A stretch of 64,000 nt of DNA from Chloroflexota bacterium (lineage in GTDB: Bacteria; Chloroflexota; Dehalococcoidia; Lucifugimonadales; JADFKI01): contig JAQBUT010000011.1 in assembly GCA_027623195.1 (NCBI GenBank), forward strand, positions 24,650 through 88,649, in the 5' to 3' direction. The notes beneath the pieces were generated by a model. That model was given only the letters and a program-made list of their open reading frames with translations. It was not told the DNA's origin and did no database searches. This document shows positions 59,789-64,000 of this stretch, piece by piece; position 1 is the first letter of the stretch; each line of letters opens with the position of its first letter. The translations under genes were made by a program, and so were the position numbers.

Positions 59789-60496
59789 ATGGTCTCCACT
59801 AAGCAGTTGTATGACCTCCAGGAAACAGATACTGAGATGGCTGAGAAAGATGCCGCCCTCAAAGATGTCCAAGCGAGACTTGCCGACGATAGGCCAATCG
59901 CTGTGGCCAGACAGAAGGCAGGCCAGTTGGAAGCGCAGGTGGAGGCCCAGAGCAAGGCCCGAAACGGCGCTCAGTTGGCAGCGCAGCAAGTCCAGGAGAA
60001 GGTTAAGAATGTAGAACGCAAACTCTATGGCGGCGGCATAACCAACGCCAGAGAGTTAACAGCCTTCGAAGAAGAGCTGGGTTACCTGCAGGCGCAGTTG
60101 GCGGAGGAAGAGGACAGTCTTCTGGAGCTTATGGTGGTGGTGGAGGATCTCCAGGTTGGCAGAGACGATGCTCTCAAAACGCTGGAGAGTCTGGAGGCCC
60201 AACGGGAAAGCCAACTTCCTTTGCTAAGACAGAGCCAGGAAGCGCTGGAGAAGGATCTAGCTCAGCTTCTAGAGGCCAGGAAGCAGCTAACTCCCAATAT
60301 TCCTCCCCAGCAAATGGCAATCTACGAGTCCCTTCGAAGGACGCGCGGTGGCCAGGCCGTAGCCAAGTTGGATAGAGCACGAGGCGTCTGTCAGGCGTGC
60401 AGAATCGCACTACCGGCCACAGATCTCCAAAAGGCAAAGGCCTCCGCTGAGATCGTCCAGTGCAACAGCTGCCGCAGAATACTTTACGTAGAATGA
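59789..60496 (+). CDS. coiled-coil protein with C4 zinc ribbon (DUF164-type)
   Basis: LYDLQETD, long coiled coil, CQAC...CNSCRRILY; GAGG RBS before ATG 59789. Confidence 0.88.
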   Translation: MVSTKQLYDLQETDTEMAEKDAALKDVQARLADDRPIAVARQKAGQLEAQVEAQSKARNGAQLAAQQVQEKVKNVERKLYGGGITNARELTAFEEELGYLQAQLAEEEDSLLELMVVVEDLQVGRDDALKTLESLEAQRESQLPLLRQSQEALEKDLAQLLEARKQLTPNIPPQQMAIYESLRRTRGGQAVAKLDRARGVCQACRIALPATDLQKAKASAEIVQCNSCRRILYVE

Positions 60497-60503
60497 GTGA
60501 TAA

Positions 60504-61850
60504 ATGCGAGCGATCGGATATTTTCGTGCTAAGGACAGCGGCGCAACCCTGGAGCAGTTAGGCGAGCGATTCGCCGACTACTGCCAGAGGTATCTACACC
60601 AACCCATAATCACTTTTGGCGACGATATATCTGGCGACGAATTATCCAATGGCACCCTTCCACTACAGAATTACCAACGCCTTTTGGACTACATCAAGGA
60701 GTCGGAAAGCAGCTTCCTGATAGTCGTTCCCGATGCCAGCCACCTGGGAGATGATCTTGAGGCAGTAGCCCGATCCATGGTTCAACTGGAATCGACCGGC
60801 TCAAAGGTTGTTTGCGCTGACGACGATATGCCAGATCCCCTGCAGAACGCTCTGGAGACATTGGGTGTTCGAGGCGTGTCCCGAATCCGCAGCGAAAGAA
60901 TAAAGGAATCCATGCGGGAGCGGGCTCTGATGGGCAAGGGCCTTGGAAAGCCGCCCTTCGGCTATCGCAACGGACTGGACGGCGCGATGGAGATTGTTTC
61001 CGAAGAAAAGCCCGTAGTAGAGCTGATCTACCGCCTCTACACCAAGGATGGAATCGGGCTTCGTCTGATAGCCCAGCATTTGAACGAGCGGGACATCAAA
61101 ACCAGACGCGGCGGCCACTGGAATATGGTGACAATACGAGACATTCTCAAGAATTCGACGTATATGGGCACCTACACCCGGTTCGGCCTCCGACTGCCAA
61201 AGAGCCACGAAGCTATTATTCCTCCGCAGGTGTTCCGTTTCGCGCAGGACGAGACCAGGTCCAGAAAACCGGTGGGACGAGTAGTGAACTCCGAGCCGTT
61301 CCTGCTGTCAGGCATGGTCTTTTGCGGTTACTGCCAAAACAAGATGATGGGTGTGACTCGACGACAGTCCTGGAAACGCAAGGACGGTCGTCGATCCAAC
61401 GGAGTATACCGGTACTACCAATGCCAGTCTCGCAACAACATGAGCTTTTGTAAGTACCACACCTGGCGCGCGCCCCTGCTGGAAGGCACGGTAATGTCCC
61501 AACTCAAATACGCGCTCAAGGTTGAGGCCGCCGAGGGTAATGGTGCCGGTACCAACAGGTCTGAAGAGATTCAGGCTGTGTGGGATTTGCGGATCAAGAA
61601 CGCAGATCGAAGGTTCCTGCAGGCCATGAAACGCACGGCCAAAGGCGAGATGGATCTCGGTATGCTGGGTGAGTACCTGAACGCGCTTGATAAGGTCCGT
61701 CACGGAGCGCAGAACGCCAAGAACCCCAAAGACGTGGACGCTTCATTTTCGCAGTGGGATTCCATGGATTTTGGTGACCAGCAGGGATTTCTGCTAGAGC
61801 ATGTCGCCAAAGTCGTCGTTCAGGACGACTCCGTGGACGTTCTAGTCTGA
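60504..61850 (+). CDS. large serine recombinase-family protein with degenerate catalytic domain
   Basis: AIGYFR N-terminus, PPFGY, TRRGGHW...ILKNSTYMG, HEAII, LLSGMVFCGYC, YYQC. Confidence 0.88.
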   Translation: MRAIGYFRAKDSGATLEQLGERFADYCQRYLHQPIITFGDDISGDELSNGTLPLQNYQRLLDYIKESESSFLIVVPDASHLGDDLEAVARSMVQLESTGSKVVCADDDMPDPLQNALETLGVRGVSRIRSERIKESMRERALMGKGLGKPPFGYRNGLDGAMEIVSEEKPVVELIYRLYTKDGIGLRLIAQHLNERDIKTRRGGHWNMVTIRDILKNSTYMGTYTRFGLRLPKSHEAIIPPQVFRFAQDETRSRKPVGRVVNSEPFLLSGMVFCGYCQNKMMGVTRRQSWKRKDGRRSNGVYRYYQCQSRNNMSFCKYHTWRAPLLEGTVMSQLKYALKVEAAEGNGAGTNRSEEIQAVWDLRIKNADRRFLQAMKRTAKGEMDLGMLGEYLNALDKVRHGAQNAKNPKDVDASFSQWDSMDFGDQQGFLLEHVAKVVVQDDSVDVLV

Positions 61851-61904
61851 GGACTCCCGGGTGTCCAGATTAAATCTCTCCCCTTATCGTGCTAAAATGG
61901 TAAA

Positions 61905-62271
61905 GTTCAAGATGGCTGGGCGGCCGCTGTTCCGTGCTCTTGCGAAAGAGTGGGGAATAGAGGAAAGTCCGAGCACCACTGGGAAGGATGCCCGTTAACT
62001 GCGGGGCGGGGTGACCCGACGGAAAGTGCCACAGAAACATACCGCCCGCTTCGGTGGGTAAGGGTGAAATGGTGAGGTAAGAGCTCACCGCTCCGGTGGT
62101 GACATCGGAGGCAAGGCAAACCCCATCCGGTGCAAGGCCTAATAGGGGGAATATGGGACCCGGACCATCCCCGGGTTGGCCGCATGATCCCGATGGCAAC
62201 ATCGGGGCTAGATAGATGGTCGCCGTCCGCCACTGGCGGATACAAAACTCGGCTTATAGGCGGTCTTGAAC
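61905..62271 (+). ncRNA. rnpB: RNase P RNA (type A)
   Basis: GAGGAAAGTCC, GGAAAGTGCCACAGAAA, GGCAAACCCC, ACAAAACTCGGCTTA; terminal pairing GTTCAAGA/TCTTGAAC. Confidence 0.97.
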
Positions 62272-62388
62272 AAGACGTCACCCACCGGCAATCTGGTGTG
62301 TGGGCACAGGTGTCCAAGAGGATCGAGGTTCTGACCCATCGCGCGGTTGACCGGCGCTTGGCCAGCTACTAAAATCTTCATGTAAGGT

Positions 62389-62464
62389 AGGAGCGTAGCT
62401 CAGCTGGTAGAGCATCGGTCTCCAAAACCGAGGGTCGCGGGTTCGATCCCTGCCGCTCCTGCCA
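62389..62464 (+). tRNA. tRNA-Trp(CCA)
   Basis: 76-nt cloverleaf, anticodon loop CTCCAAA, GGTTCGAT T-loop, encoded CCA. Confidence 0.97.
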
Positions 62465-63254
62465 ACCTTCCAGCGCATAACAAAGGCATAATAGGCTCAT
62501 TACTGTCCCGTTCCTATTCGTTTTGACTTTGTGACCATTGGTCACTATTCTAACATTCTTCTAACGATCTAGTTAATATCTCGCAGCGTATTATTAGAGT
62601 TGTCTGGCCTGTCATGAAAGGCGGATGCCTGTTATTCAGACAGTGGGCTACCGAAATCTCACCATTCTCCTTTGCCCGGCGGCGGTCAGGGCAGCAGAAT
62701 TAGGTTCAAAATATTCCCCGAGCAACTACGGCGAGATAGTTGTGCTCCGATTGCTGGACTCTTTGGTGCGGCAGGGGGTATTCGGTTTTCAGCTGCCATG
62801 CTACCCATCATCTTGCGCTTCATTTGACAAACCCGGCGGTCGATCCTAACCTTAGGGTCTTAATCTGTCAGCCGTCGTTAATGTACTCGTGGAGGACATA
62901 GACATGGAATCGCGTTTAAATCGCGAACACGAGACTCACACAGCCAGGGACTTGTATTCACGAATCGTTTGTCGCTGCAATTGTGGTTGGGAGGAAGCTG
63001 CCAAGGATGGCGATGCTGGAGCCGACTCAACGAATTTGTGAGAAAAATCCTCATTTCGAAATTCTTCGCGTCTAGTGGATTGCTCTACTCTTCGCCATCT
63101 GCCAAAAGTATTTGACGCTAGCTCGTATAACCAACGAAATATTTGGAGACTTGAACTACAATATTTCGAAACAGCCAAGGTAAACCACCCAGGATTAGGC
63201 CGATGCGTCGAGATAGGCACAGCTATAGTGATCGCCGAGAGGGGTACTTCAGCA

Positions 63255-64000
63255 ATGGTAACTCAGTTCTTTGAAAAGCCAATTCTAAATTCCCCTTACG
63301 AATATCCTGCCCAACATTGGGAGCTGGATGATCAGGGCCAACCAACGCAGCAAATCATCGAAAGCCGTCGCAGTGCGGAGTTCATTACGCCCATCCCCAA
63401 GCCACGGCGACGCAGGACTTCGGCCAACCAACAACGGTTGGAGTTTGTGGAAGTCGAGGCCATCTCCTCCGACGCGCAGCAGTACGACACGACCTCCAAT
63501 ATTAATGAGATTCGTCGTCACGTTAACCAGTGGAGAACTTTGCCTAACCCCAACGACTGGCAGGTTACACCGGAGACCGCTCGCCTACTACAGCATTGGC
63601 GTAATCATAAATTCAACGATATCAGGCCTTTCTTCTGCCAGATTGAGGCTGTTGAAACTGCAATTTGGTTGACTGAAGTGGCACCAAACATGGGTCCAAC
63701 TGGCAGACGTTTCTTGGATCATATTAGAAATGCCAACAGGGAGGCCAACCCGGAACTCCTACGCATGGCGTTGAAGTTAGCCACCGGTGCGGGGAAAACC
63801 ACTGTTATGGCCATGATTATTGCATGGCAGACTATTAACGCTGCTCGCAGGCCCAACAGCAAGAACTTCACAAGAGGATTCCTGGTAGTAGCGCCGGGCC
63901 TGACAATAAAGGACCGTCTGCGGGTGTTGCAGCCCAATGACCCCGACAGCTATTACAAGAGCCGCGAACTTGTGCCTCAAGACATGCTCGCAGATCTGGA
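63255..64000 (+). CDS. type III restriction endonuclease Res-like SF2 helicase, partial
   Basis: Manual translation: FFEKPILNSPYEYP..HWELD, RPFFCQIEAVETAIW, ALKLATGAGKTTVMAM (Walker A), VVAPGLTIKDRL. Confidence 0.88.
   Translation, partial: MVTQFFEKPILNSPYEYPAQHWELDDQGQPTQQIIESRRSAEFITPIPKPRRRRTSANQQRLEFVEVEAISSDAQQYDTTSNINEIRRHVNQWRTLPNPNDWQVTPETARLLQHWRNHKFNDIRPFFCQIEAVETAIWLTEVAPNMGPTGRRFLDHIRNANREANPELLRMALKLATGAGKTTVMAMIIAWQTINAARRPNSKNFTRGFLVVAPGLTIKDRLRVLQPNDPDSYYKSRELVPQDMLADL

Noticed and set aside
60504..62464. Serine recombinase as the integrase of the tRNA-Trp island
   Set aside because: It lies on the host side, upstream of rnpB and the tRNA, and lacks the catalytic motifs.
61870..62478. 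ORFs overlapping rnpB and tRNA-Trp
   Set aside because: Explained by the RNA genes.
62625..63220. ORFs between tRNA-Trp and the restriction gene
   Set aside because: No integrase or other motif recognisable; may be decayed sequence.
1..64000. CRISPR array, rRNA, intact IS or prophage
   Set aside because: No regularly spaced repeats, rRNA motifs, transposase or phage structural genes were seen.

Overview
Bacterial chromosomal window, mostly housekeeping. Gene content and style (LLM monooxygenase, paired CaiB CoA-transferases, NusA with a long acidic tail, T-box) suggest Chloroflexota/Dehalococcoidia, SAR202-like; this is an inference. It holds the 5' part of modA, nusA-ylxR-infB-rbfA-truB-rplU-rpmA-rpmE, a his cluster, hsp20/cbpA/hspR, moeB, otsA, gdh, coaX-coaBC, a Trp T-box leading trpS-trpEGDCF, a CoA-transferase/ThDP-lyase/MaoC cluster, a stand-alone ftsZ, rsmI-metG, cysS, pyk, rnpB and tRNA-Trp. 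A probable island encoding a type III restriction-type helicase begins at the right edge. Most notable: (1) CysRS fused to a GT2 glycosyltransferase domain; (2) an unannotated Cys-rich leader peptide plus terminator upstream of moeB, a candidate cysteine-sensing attenuator; (3) a large serine recombinase homologue that lacks its catalytic residues and sits among housekeeping genes next to rnpB; (4) an FtsZ with no canonical C-terminal peptide; (5) a hisA-methyltransferase read-through fusion. All calls are from motif recognition by eye; no database searches were run.
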